Shown here one piece after another: positions 1 to 7,969 of a DNA stretch of 64,000 bases; positions within the stretch are counted from its first letter, which is position 1; each line of letters opens with the position of its first letter. Under the pieces are notes generated by a model. That model was given only the letters and a program-made list of their open reading frames with translations, searched no databases and was not told where the DNA came from. The position numbers and the translations under genes were made by a program. This stretch comes from Gemmatimonadota bacterium (lineage in GTDB: Bacteria; JBHIER01; G020348925), in the NCBI GenBank assembly GCA_020348925.1, contig CP070758.1, positions 4,231,688 to 4,295,687 of the forward strand, written 5' to 3'.

Positions 1-98
1 CTTTCCTCTGAAATGCCTCTGATCTCACCTCCTTTTCAGAATAGAGTACTGTTCATGACTCCTTATTATATTAATTATAAATCCCTGCAGATATACAA

Positions 99-148
99 TT
101 TCCCTTTTAATATAAAGAACAGGTTTCCCTTTGAATATAAAGAACAGG
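99..148. repeat. 25-bp tandem direct repeat (2 copies, 1 mismatch)
   Basis: tttcccttttaatataaagaacagg at 99-123 and tttccctttgaatataaagaacagg at 124-148. Confidence 0.9.
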
Positions 149-281
149 TTAGAGCAAATCCCAAAAAGCACGTGCGGTTCATTGAAGGAAAGGCCAGGGA
201 ATGCGTCATTGCCCTCTTTTTCGAACTTTCCTCCTGACCAAATCAACTGAGAAATCTACTGAAAATCATTAAATAGACCAA

Positions 282-318
282 ATAGATATATTCTATACAA
301 TAAATAGAATAATTCTAT
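282..318. promoter_or_regulatory. Two operator-like palindromes ATAGA-N5-TCTAT
   Basis: atagatatattctat at 282-296 and atagaataattctat at 304-318, 22 bp apart start to start, in an AT-rich intergenic region. Confidence 0.5.
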
Positions 319-415
319 AATTAACAGAAATCGCTCACAGCACCGAGCCACAGGGAGGTCCATGCGAGCGCCTTTTCCCTGCCGAATTATATAAAAATGA
401 TAGAGCCTTTGGATT

Positions 416-892
416 TCAGAGATGTTCGGGTGTTATATTATTCCCTTGGGGTAAAACCTCCAGGATTTCCTCTATAGCATCAAGCCGGAACAGACGGTCT
501 GCTCCTCTCAGTTCACAGAAAGCTGAAAAGTACGGGCCAATAGACTCATCAGCAATTTCGTATGGCCTGACGACACGCTCCGTGGTTTCGCCGGTGGTAT
601 GAGCATGGTATCGAATACGCAGTCGTTGGCCCTGACTCAATGCACTCTTGACCTGTTGAAAAATCACAGGATCAACCTCATGGTATTCGAACGTTTCATA
701 AATTTCTTTAAGTTCCTGCATTACTAAAGATTTTATCTCTGCAATGTCCTCATCACTGAGAGTCGGTTTGACCTTATCCCAGATCCGCTTCAAGGTATTA
801 TCATCCGCCACGGTGAACCGTTCAAAACCGAGCTGGCAGAGCAATGCAATCTCAAAAAGTTCGTCCTTGGTCAAAGATATGTTGTCAGGCAT
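416..892 (-). CDS. WYL domain-containing protein (no clear HTH)
   Basis: C-terminal half LRIRYH..ETTERVVRPYEI..YFSAFCELRGADRLFRLDAIEEI matches the WYL consensus (Y..R.V.P..Y..A.C..R...R.FR.DRI). Confidence 0.85.
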   Translation of the reverse strand: MPDNISLTKDELFEIALLCQLGFERFTVADDNTLKRIWDKVKPTLSDEDIAEIKSLVMQELKEIYETFEYHEVDPVIFQQVKSALSQGQRLRIRYHAHTTGETTERVVRPYEIADESIGPYFSAFCELRGADRLFRLDAIEEILEVLPQGNNITPEHL

Positions 893-1367
893 TCAGGGTA
901 TCCTTTCCTTGGAACAGAGTAATCATAGAGACACGAACCTTCAAAATATTCGAATATAATTTAAAGTACTGGAGGAGGAAAATCCTAAAGAAAAAATATG
1001 CTCAAAGTTTTCATATGTGATAAGGATTGAGAATATCTAAAAGATGAGCTTAATCCAAAATGCGAAGAAGAGAATGATTCCGAAGAACAAATAAAGCACC
1101 ATAAAGAGCCAAGGTAATCGCGCTTCGGGATCAGAAAAATTAATCCTTGGCCAGGAATCATGTTGCCCATTTCATCCCGCGGATAAAGTTTGCCTTCTTT
1201 GTGGAACATCCTTATCGAGTCTGGCATTTCGTCTTCCATATCCCGGAGAGTATCAATACGAAGCTTGAGAGGATGACCTTTTTCATTGATCGAAGATTCC
1301 TTTTAAGGATGAATGCTAAGTTTAATATGTTTTGTCAATGAATTTTCTATGAGTCACGAGATTTTTT

Positions 1368-1393
1368 CGGACAGGAGTAAACCCTGTCCCTAT
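1368..1393 (-). repeat. GTAG-type REP-like palindrome
   Basis: Minus strand atagggacagggtttactcctgtccg, near-identical to gtagggacagggtttatccctgccccg at 11146. Confidence 0.65.
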
Positions 1394-1411
1394 GATTTCT
1401 GCAGGATCTCC

Positions 1412-1476
1412 GGAGTTACCGCTTCAGCGGTTTATTCAACCGCTTTTCCGGTATAATCCCGTAAACGGGTAACTCC
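1412..1476. repeat. Inverted pair of short REP-like palindromes
   Basis: ggagttaccgcttcagcggtttat faces an inverted copy (minus strand ggagttacccgtttacgggattat); each unit has its own small hairpin. Confidence 0.5.
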
Positions 1477-1538
1477 TTGCGCGCTATGAAAAGTGTGGCT
1501 GCAATCTTAAGCCCATGGTCTCAAAGACTCCAGAATTC

Positions 1539-2450
1539 TCAAGACCACATACTTCTCTCTCGGAGAAAATCCAACGTTTCTTGAAGGGAAGGAATGCCCG
1601 TCCGGCCGCCGAGTTTGGTGCATTTGAGGGCGGCCACACCACTGGCGAACGTGACTGTCTTCTTCAGATCCCATTCCTGCAACACTCCGAACACAAAAGC
1701 CCCGTGAAAGACATCACCGGCCCCCGTCGTGTCCGCGACATCGACCTCAAATCCAGGATACGAAAACTTCTCTTTTGGGGTGAAGCATACCCCTCCGCGC
1801 TCACCCTGAGTGATGACGACGACCTCAGGGCCTGAGGCAAGCAGATCTTTACAAACATCGGCTGAACTTTTATCCGGTGCATAATCGGAAACAAAATACT
1901 CCGGGGCAATAACGACATCGACGAATTTCAACAACTCGGTCGCGTCCGGTTTGAATGCCCCGGTGTCGAGGACGACTTGAATTCCTTTATCCCTGGCCAT
2001 CTTTACGCCCGCAAGACCCGCCTCAGGATGAAGGCTGTCAATCAATAATATCTTTCCTGAAAAAAGCAATTCCGTATTCAAATCCTCTGGAGAAAGAGGA
2101 TCCACCGTGCCACGGTTGTGAACAATACTCCGTTTACCGCTTGTCCCTTCCATGATAACGAGGGAAAGGGGTGATGACTTGCCGTGTTCGACGATGAGTC
2201 CTCGGGTGGCAACCCCCTCCTCGGCCAAGCCATCAACGATCCCCTGCCCCCAGATGTCATCACCCACCTTACCGATGATGGCCACCCTCGCGCCCAATCG
2301 AGAAAGCGTCACCGCGGCCGTAGCGGCAGGTCCCCCGCCCTGCTGAAAGGATTCGAGGGCCTCCAACTTTGAGTCTGGCTGAGGAAATTCGTCAACAACA
2401 AAAAGAAGATCCCAGGCACAATGGCCCAGACAGACAACATCGATATTCAT
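1539..2450 (-). CDS. PfkB/ribokinase-family carbohydrate kinase (YihV-like)
   Basis: GGGPAATAAVTLSRLG N-terminal signature and DTTGAGDVFHGAF C-terminal signature; kinase fold starts at MNIDVVCLG (ATG 2450), while the upstream in-frame part is a GYD remnant. Confidence 0.88.
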   Translation of the reverse strand: MNIDVVCLGHCAWDLLFVVDEFPQPDSKLEALESFQQGGGPAATAAVTLSRLGARVAIIGKVGDDIWGQGIVDGLAEEGVATRGLIVEHGKSSPLSLVIMEGTSGKRSIVHNRGTVDPLSPEDLNTELLFSGKILLIDSLHPEAGLAGVKMARDKGIQVVLDTGAFKPDATELLKFVDVVIAPEYFVSDYAPDKSSADVCKDLLASGPEVVVITQGERGGVCFTPKEKFSYPGFEVDVADTTGAGDVFHGAFVFGVLQEWDLKKTVTFASGVAALKCTKLGGRTGIPSLQETLDFLRERSMWS

Positions 2451-2465
2451 GATCACAAAAGAAAG

Positions 2466-2754
2466 CTCAGGTAATTCCTGAATGATTTTGGAAAAGTCCT
2501 CAAAAGGAATTGCTCGCCAGGTTTCGGTATTCACCTCACCTTCGGCGCTGACCATGGCCACAAACTTGAAGATGGCTTTCTCTTCCGGCGCCTCAAGTAT
2601 CAGCACAGAATCGTACGTACCGAGAGTGGCGTACATTGCAATCAGTTCGATCGCACACGCTTTCGGACTGCGTATAGTGCTCGCGAAACGCTGCGGAGCC
2701 TCCTTAATATTCTCCTTGCCTGCTCAATCCCAGAAGCATGATGTATCGGACTAG
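2466..2754 (-). pseudogene. Degenerate GYD-domain gene, frameshifted and lacking its stop, running in-frame into pfkB
   Basis: VRYIMLL in one frame, then GKENIKEAPQRF..ELIAMYATLGTYDSVLILEAP..TETWRAIPFEDFSKIIQELPE in another; in-frame TGA at 2724-2726; no ATG after the gaggaagg RBS. Confidence 0.7.
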
Positions 2755-2811
2755 AGGCTACCTTCCTCAGGCAATATCTTCACGATCGTTCGTTTCATCG
2801 ATCAACGGCAG

Positions 2812-4416
2812 CTACTCTTCGTTTTTTCCAAGAGGCCGCCATTCGGCGATGTTCTCGAAATGGACTTCAGCCCTCGGCTCAGCGGTCCAGAAAACGTTCG
2901 AATTGTAGCTCCACTCCAAATACTCGGAATTGCCGCCACCAAACGTGGTCAGCAGAAATCGGTTGGACAGGTGCGCGATACTCCTCGTCTGATCCCTGGG
3001 CCAGTCCTTATCACCGCCCTGAGGATCCCAGTGAATCCAGCCGTAATTGGGCAGATAGACCTGGGCCCAACGATGGAAGTACTCATCGTAGGACGCATCG
3101 TCACCGCGTACAACCAGGGAACCGACGTATCGGGCCGGCACCCCTGCCGCTCGACACATGGAGATAAAGACAAAGGTGTACTCCGAACAGGAGCCTGTTC
3201 CGCGCTTCAATACTGTCGGGGCCACGTTCCAACCCCCGACAAGCTCATATTCCATATGGGTACGAATGTGATCGAAGATCTTTCGGACAATCCAATAGGG
3301 GTTCTTCTCACCTCCGACCACTCCCCTCACCGTTTCCTGAATGTAGGGATGACTTATATTGTACTTGTCCTCATCCACGAGATATTGGGACTTGATATTT
3401 TTGGGTATGTCCCCCAGGGGTCCGACTTTGTCAGGGTAAATGTAATATTGAATGTCATATACCCTTGCCTTCACCCTCACGGTCGGTGCGACAATCTGCC
3501 CCGGGGCAATGTTCTCAAAGACAAAGTGGGCTGTCTTCTGATCCCACCGGTCCGCGACCACACCTACGGGCTGGGGGTCGAATTCAATCTCACCCTCCAA
3601 CTGTTGAGAGTCCTCGTCTTTGGGAATGGCGAAATAGAAATCCGCTCTTTCAACGAATCCTGTCCCAAAGTTCTTCAATTGGTGGACAAACTCCACCTCC
3701 GCGTATCGCTCCTCGCTCAGAGCGTACCGCTCGTTATCACGAACGACCAGCTGGTAAATCATGTCATTCTCATAATCGGCGTTCCAGAGATACGTATCGT
3801 CGAAGGCCAAACCCCAGGCATAGGGCCCTGGAGACTCGACATGGAACAGAACAACTCCGTTCTCAGGCCACAGGACATAGATCTCGTTGTTCACCCGATC
3901 CGAAACCCACAGGTACGTGCCATCGAAGGCCAAGCCCTGTGGATTTTTCGTCGGGGCTTGTATCGAGATGATGGTCGTCCCATCCTGCGAACTTATCTTG
4001 TCGATTTTTCCTTTCCGGTAATCGCTGACCCATAAATATTGACCGTCCCAGGTCAATCCCATTGGATATGAAACCGGAGCCTCCACTGTTCTGACAATAA
4101 GCCCATTCTCGGGATCGATTTGAAAGATTTTCTTTTGTTCGGAATCGACATTCCAGAGATAGCGCCCGTCCCACGCCAGGCCCATGGGCCAAAAGGCGGG
4201 TGATGGAATATTGGATAGAATAGCACCGTCCGTGGGATCGATACGATAGAGCTGATCGGTCTTTCGATCTGCAACCCACAGATCTTTTCCATCAAAGGTC
4301 ATGCCTGTGGGACAAGGTCCTGGAGACGGAATCTTCGACATAACATCCCCCGGTTTTGCCACAAGGGATTGGGTCAGGAAGCAGATCATAGCGATACAAA
4401 GAAAAACCGTTCTCAT
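2812..4416 (-). CDS. Secreted beta-propeller + transglutaminase-like (Cys-His-Asp) protein
   Basis: Signal-peptide-like MRTVFLCIAMICFLTQSLVA after an aaggag RBS; five P.GL(T/A)(W/F)DG.YLW repeats; GSCSEY..RAAGVPARYV..HRWAQVY..GWIHWDP core. Confidence 0.85.
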   Translation of the reverse strand: MRTVFLCIAMICFLTQSLVAKPGDVMSKIPSPGPCPTGMTFDGKDLWVADRKTDQLYRIDPTDGAILSNIPSPAFWPMGLAWDGRYLWNVDSEQKKIFQIDPENGLIVRTVEAPVSYPMGLTWDGQYLWVSDYRKGKIDKISSQDGTTIISIQAPTKNPQGLAFDGTYLWVSDRVNNEIYVLWPENGVVLFHVESPGPYAWGLAFDDTYLWNADYENDMIYQLVVRDNERYALSEERYAEVEFVHQLKNFGTGFVERADFYFAIPKDEDSQQLEGEIEFDPQPVGVVADRWDQKTAHFVFENIAPGQIVAPTVRVKARVYDIQYYIYPDKVGPLGDIPKNIKSQYLVDEDKYNISHPYIQETVRGVVGGEKNPYWIVRKIFDHIRTHMEYELVGGWNVAPTVLKRGTGSCSEYTFVFISMCRAAGVPARYVGSLVVRGDDASYDEYFHRWAQVYLPNYGWIHWDPQGGDKDWPRDQTRSIAHLSNRFLLTTFGGGNSEYLEWSYNSNVFWTAEPRAEVHFENIAEWRPLGKNEE

Positions 4417-4492
4417 TGCACTCTCCTTTCGTTTGGAAACAGAATGCGCTTCGCCTGTTGAGTTCCTTTTCCTTTGTGCTCCTGTATCCACA

Positions 4493-4534
4493 TATTGGCT
4501 TTTGAGTTTTGAATTTTGGGTTTTGGATTTTGGC
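4493..4534. repeat. Heptamer tandem repeat (TTTTGRN, about 6 copies)
   Basis: tattggc ttttgag ttttgaa ttttggg ttttgga ttttggc between tnaA and the transglutaminase gene. Confidence 0.8.
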
Positions 4535-4535
4535 C

Positions 4536-5912
4536 TTATTCGACCCTCTCAAATTTCGCTGTAAAATGCCTCAGGTACTGAGTTTCGTGTGTAATTTTCA
4601 TACCCTTGATAGCGTCCTTTCGATCATAAACATTTTGAAGCGCCTCAGCCAAAAAGTCAACGTGGCTCTGGGTATAGACCCGTCTGGGAATGGCCAGTCG
4701 AACGAGTTCCAGATCGGCCGGTTTCTCCTGACCGGATTCTTGATCTCTTCGACCGAACATGACGCTCCCGATCTCAACGGCCCGAATACCGGCCTCCAAA
4801 TACATCTCAGCGACGAGTGCTTGTCCCGGATACTGGGTGGGAGGAATATGAGGTAATAATGCTTGCGCATCGATATAGATGGCGTGTGCGCCGGGTGGTT
4901 CAAATATATCGAAACCCGCCTGCCGGAGTTTCTTTCCCAAATACCGCGCCGAGGCCAACCGATACTCAAGATAGTGTTCGTCCAGCGCCTCTTCCAATCC
5001 TACGACGATGGCCTCCATGTCTCGCCCGGCCAGCCCACCATACGTTGGAAATCCCTCTGTTAAAATGAGGTGGGTACGGGCCCGCTCGGCGAGCACATCG
5101 TCGTTCAGGGCCAGAAATCCACCCATGTTGGCCAGACCGTCCTTCTTGGCACTCATGGTGCACCCATCGGCGTATGAAAATATTTCCTGGGCAATTTCCA
5201 ACACACTCTTATCCCCGTAACCGTCCTCCCGGAGTTTGATAAAATACGAATTTTCAGCGAAACGACACGCATCGATAAAAAGAGGAATCGCGTGGCGTGA
5301 GAGGATCTCTTTCATACCCCGAATATTGGCCAGAGAGACGGGCTGGCCGCCGCCGGAGTTGTTGGTAATCGTAACCATGGCCAATGGAATCCGATCGGAA
5401 CCCACCCTCTTGATCAAATCTTCCAGCTTGCCCAGATCCATATTCCCTTTGAACGGATGATCGACGCTGGGAATGCGACCTTCATCAATGTACAGATCGA
5501 CAGCCTCGGCGCCGGAAAATTCGACGTTCGCACGGGTGGTATCGAAGTGAGTGTTATTGGGAATAACTTTCCCTTTCCCGCCGAGAAGAGAGAAGAGAAT
5601 ATGTTCGGCGGCTCGGCCTTGATGTGTCGGAATAACATGCTTCAATCCGGTAATTTTTTTTATCTGATTCTCGAATCGGAAAAAACTCCGACTCCCGGCG
5701 TACGATTCGTCCCCCAGCATGATCCCAGCCCATTGACTTGCACTCATGGCTGCCGTTCCTGAATCGGTCAGGAGATCGAGAAGGATGTCCTCCGCTTTGA
5801 CCATGAAGAGATTATAGTGGGCTCCCTTCAAGATCTCCTCTCTCTCTTTCCGGGTCGTATAACGAATGGGCTCCACCATTTTTATCTTGAAAGGTTCAAT
5901 AATAGTCTTCAT
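4536..5912 (-). CDS. tnaA: Tryptophanase (beta-eliminating lyase)
   Basis: MKTIIEPFKIKMVE start, DLLTDSGT, MSAKKD (PLP Lys); HFDTT, AVEIGS and LRHFTA have tryptophanase-type residues where tyrosine phenol-lyase has FTTT, MERG and LRFFTA. Confidence 0.88.
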   Translation of the reverse strand: MKTIIEPFKIKMVEPIRYTTRKEREEILKGAHYNLFMVKAEDILLDLLTDSGTAAMSASQWAGIMLGDESYAGSRSFFRFENQIKKITGLKHVIPTHQGRAAEHILFSLLGGKGKVIPNNTHFDTTRANVEFSGAEAVDLYIDEGRIPSVDHPFKGNMDLGKLEDLIKRVGSDRIPLAMVTITNNSGGGQPVSLANIRGMKEILSRHAIPLFIDACRFAENSYFIKLREDGYGDKSVLEIAQEIFSYADGCTMSAKKDGLANMGGFLALNDDVLAERARTHLILTEGFPTYGGLAGRDMEAIVVGLEEALDEHYLEYRLASARYLGKKLRQAGFDIFEPPGAHAIYIDAQALLPHIPPTQYPGQALVAEMYLEAGIRAVEIGSVMFGRRDQESGQEKPADLELVRLAIPRRVYTQSHVDFLAEALQNVYDRKDAIKGMKITHETQYLRHFTAKFERVE

Positions 5913-6005
5913 ACGTGCTTCCTCTCGGTTTTGTTCACTGAACGGATACTCTGTCTCTAGGCAGGGTGGCTTTCCGCGACCCCCGGGGATTGAATTAGAT
6001 GGTAC

Positions 6006-6034
6006 AATATACAGAGAAGAAATAGATTCGACAA
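6006..6034 (-). promoter_or_regulatory. sigma70-type promoter for tnaA
   Basis: Minus strand TTGTCG-N17-TATATT about 95 bp upstream of the ATG. Confidence 0.55.
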
Positions 6035-6246
6035 GCCATTTCTTGCGGACCGTTTGAGATCCCTGAAGGCCTTTCCATATTCGGGAGTCTCTATTGACCG
6101 GTGAAAAGTCCAAGAAAAAAAATTCACGAACTATGGATTATTCATAACGTCAACGAGAACTCGAGGTAACATGAATATATTTGAAACGTTAGAATGAACA
6201 CAGGTCTTCGGCTTTTTTCCAGACCATCTTCCACGATGAGAGACAG

Positions 6247-6332
6247 CGTCATTCCGGATCTATCAGGAATCTCCTTCATCGAGAGTCTGTGGTAGAGTGG
6301 GAGATTTCCAGTATTAAATACGGGGAAGGACA
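6247..6332. repeat. GTCATT...GAC-type palindromic intergenic element
   Basis: cgtcattccggatctatcaggaatctcc ... ggagatttcc..ggggaaggac: inverted ends with internal hairpins. Confidence 0.5.
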
Positions 6333-6412
6333 GCTTTTGATTTTTTACGCATTCCCCAGGCTAATTTTTCATAAAATTCGTCGAAAAATACCTATTTCAT
6401 TAGATTATTCTG

Positions 6413-6441
6413 TTGACAGTTGTTTAAAAAATATGTATATT
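6413..6441 (+). promoter_or_regulatory. sigma70-type promoter for the TCA cluster
   Basis: TTGACA-N17-TATATT upstream of citrate synthase. Confidence 0.75.
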
Positions 6442-6522
6442 CTCAAGCTCCGAGTTGGGACATTGTTTCCACGCAGTTCAGCGACGGTTGTACCCTTAAA
6501 CTTTTATGAAAGGAGGTCTTAC

Positions 6523-7800
6523 ATGGCCACACTTCATGACAAACTGGCTGAGCAGATTCCTGTTCTTCGAGAAGATTTGAAAAATCTCGGGAAAGAATAT
6601 GGTGACACAAAGATTTCCGATGTCACTATTGCTCAGGCGTACGGAGGTATGCGCGGCGTGAAGGGCATGATCTGCGACACCTCTGTGGTTGAACCGGATA
6701 AAGGTCTCATTATCCGAGGCATTCCGCTCCTCGAAGGCTTGACGGAAAAATGGCCAGAAGAAATTTTCTATTTGCTGCTGACCGGCGAACTGCCGGATGA
6801 GGAAGCCACAAAATCCGTCCAGGAGGATTTCAGAAAACGCCAGGGCGTTCCCTCGTATGTTTGGGATGTGCTTCGAGCCATGCCCGAAGATTCCCATCCC
6901 ATGGCCATGTTCGATACGGGTATCCTGGTGATGGAAAAGGAATCCATGTTCAGAAAGCGTTACACCGAGGGGATGACCAAAACCGATTACTGGAAACCGG
7001 CCCTCGAAGATTCCTTGCAGCTCTTGGCAAAACTTCCGGAATTGGCCGCTGGGGTTTACCGCATTCGGTATAAGAAAGGTGACCTGATTCCACCGGATAA
7101 CAATCTGGATTGGGGTGCCAATTACGGGCACATGCTGGGCAACGACCAGCCGGACTTCTACGAATGCATGCGACTTTATCTCACCCTCCACTGCGATCAT
7201 GAGGGGGGGAACGTCAGCGCCAACACGTGTCACACGGTTGGCTCCGCTCTGTCCGATCCCTACTACGCGGTGAGCGCTGGACTGAACGGTCTCGCCGGTC
7301 CGCTTCACGGCTTGGCGAATCAGGAATGCCTGGGATGGATCCTCGAACTCATGGATAAGTTCGGTGGAACGCCCACGGCAGAGCAGATCAAGGAACATGC
7401 TTGGGAGACATTGAACAGCGGTAAGGTTATTCCTGGATATGGCCATGCGGTACTGAGAGTGACCGATCCACGATTCGTGGCTTTCAATGCCTTTGGGAAA
7501 AAGCACTTCCCCGACGATCCTGTGTTCAAGACCGTGGACTTGGTCTACCAGATCGTACCGGAAGTTTTGAAAGAGCATGGTAAGGCGAAGAATCCGTGGC
7601 CGAACGTCGACGCCGGATCAGGCGCGCTCCTGTATTATTACGGCATCAAAGAGTTCGAATATTACACTGTGTTCTTCAGTGTATCCAGGGCCATGGGTAT
7701 GTGCTCCCAGCTCGTTCTCAATCGTGCCATGGGAACCGCCATCACGAGACCGAAATCCGTTTCCACCAAATGGATCAAGGACTTCGTATCCAAGCAGTAA
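6523..7800 (+). CDS. gltA: Citrate (Si)-synthase, eukaryotic/mitochondrial type
   Basis: aaggaggt RBS then MATLHDKL; YGGMRG, DHEGGNVSA, SALSDPY, GLAGPLHGLANQE, VIPGYGHAVLRVTDPR and NPWPNVDA motifs. Confidence 0.95.
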   Translation: MATLHDKLAEQIPVLREDLKNLGKEYGDTKISDVTIAQAYGGMRGVKGMICDTSVVEPDKGLIIRGIPLLEGLTEKWPEEIFYLLLTGELPDEEATKSVQEDFRKRQGVPSYVWDVLRAMPEDSHPMAMFDTGILVMEKESMFRKRYTEGMTKTDYWKPALEDSLQLLAKLPELAAGVYRIRYKKGDLIPPDNNLDWGANYGHMLGNDQPDFYECMRLYLTLHCDHEGGNVSANTCHTVGSALSDPYYAVSAGLNGLAGPLHGLANQECLGWILELMDKFGGTPTAEQIKEHAWETLNSGKVIPGYGHAVLRVTDPRFVAFNAFGKKHFPDDPVFKTVDLVYQIVPEVLKEHGKAKNPWPNVDAGSGALLYYYGIKEFEYYTVFFSVSRAMGMCSQLVLNRAMGTAITRPKSVSTKWIKDFVSKQ

Positions 7801-7845
7801 GGTGAAACACCTTTGCTTTTCATGAGGAAGGTTTTCCTTTGAAGA

Positions 7846-7879
7846 AAGAGGAGGCGGATCGTCTGATCCGCCTCCTCTT
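7846..7879 (+). terminator. Perfect 15-bp stem-loop after gltA (terminator or stabiliser)
   Basis: aagaggaggcggatc-gtct-gatccgcctcctctt, with only a weak U tail. Confidence 0.6.
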
Positions 7880-7969
7880 CGTAATTGAAATCCTTTGCAG
7901 GGCATAAACCTTCGGTCTAAAAGAAAGAAAATAAGACCTGAGATCCCGGATGAAGGAGGGCTCGAGAAT

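Noticed and set aside
985-1300. Protein-like stretch INEKGHPLKLRIDTLRDMEDEMPDSIRMFHKEGKLYPRDEMG on the minus strand
   Set aside because: Possibly a gene fragment, but I cannot assign a family, and there is no clear start or RBS.
2860-4035. 391-aa plus-strand ORF
   Set aside because: Antisense shadow of the transglutaminase gene with no recognisable motifs.
5913-6113. N-terminal extension of tnaA given by the ORF track (likewise for gltA, aconitase, aor and rsmD)
   Set aside because: Family homology and RBS positions point to downstream starts, and the extensions overlap promoters or neighbouring genes.
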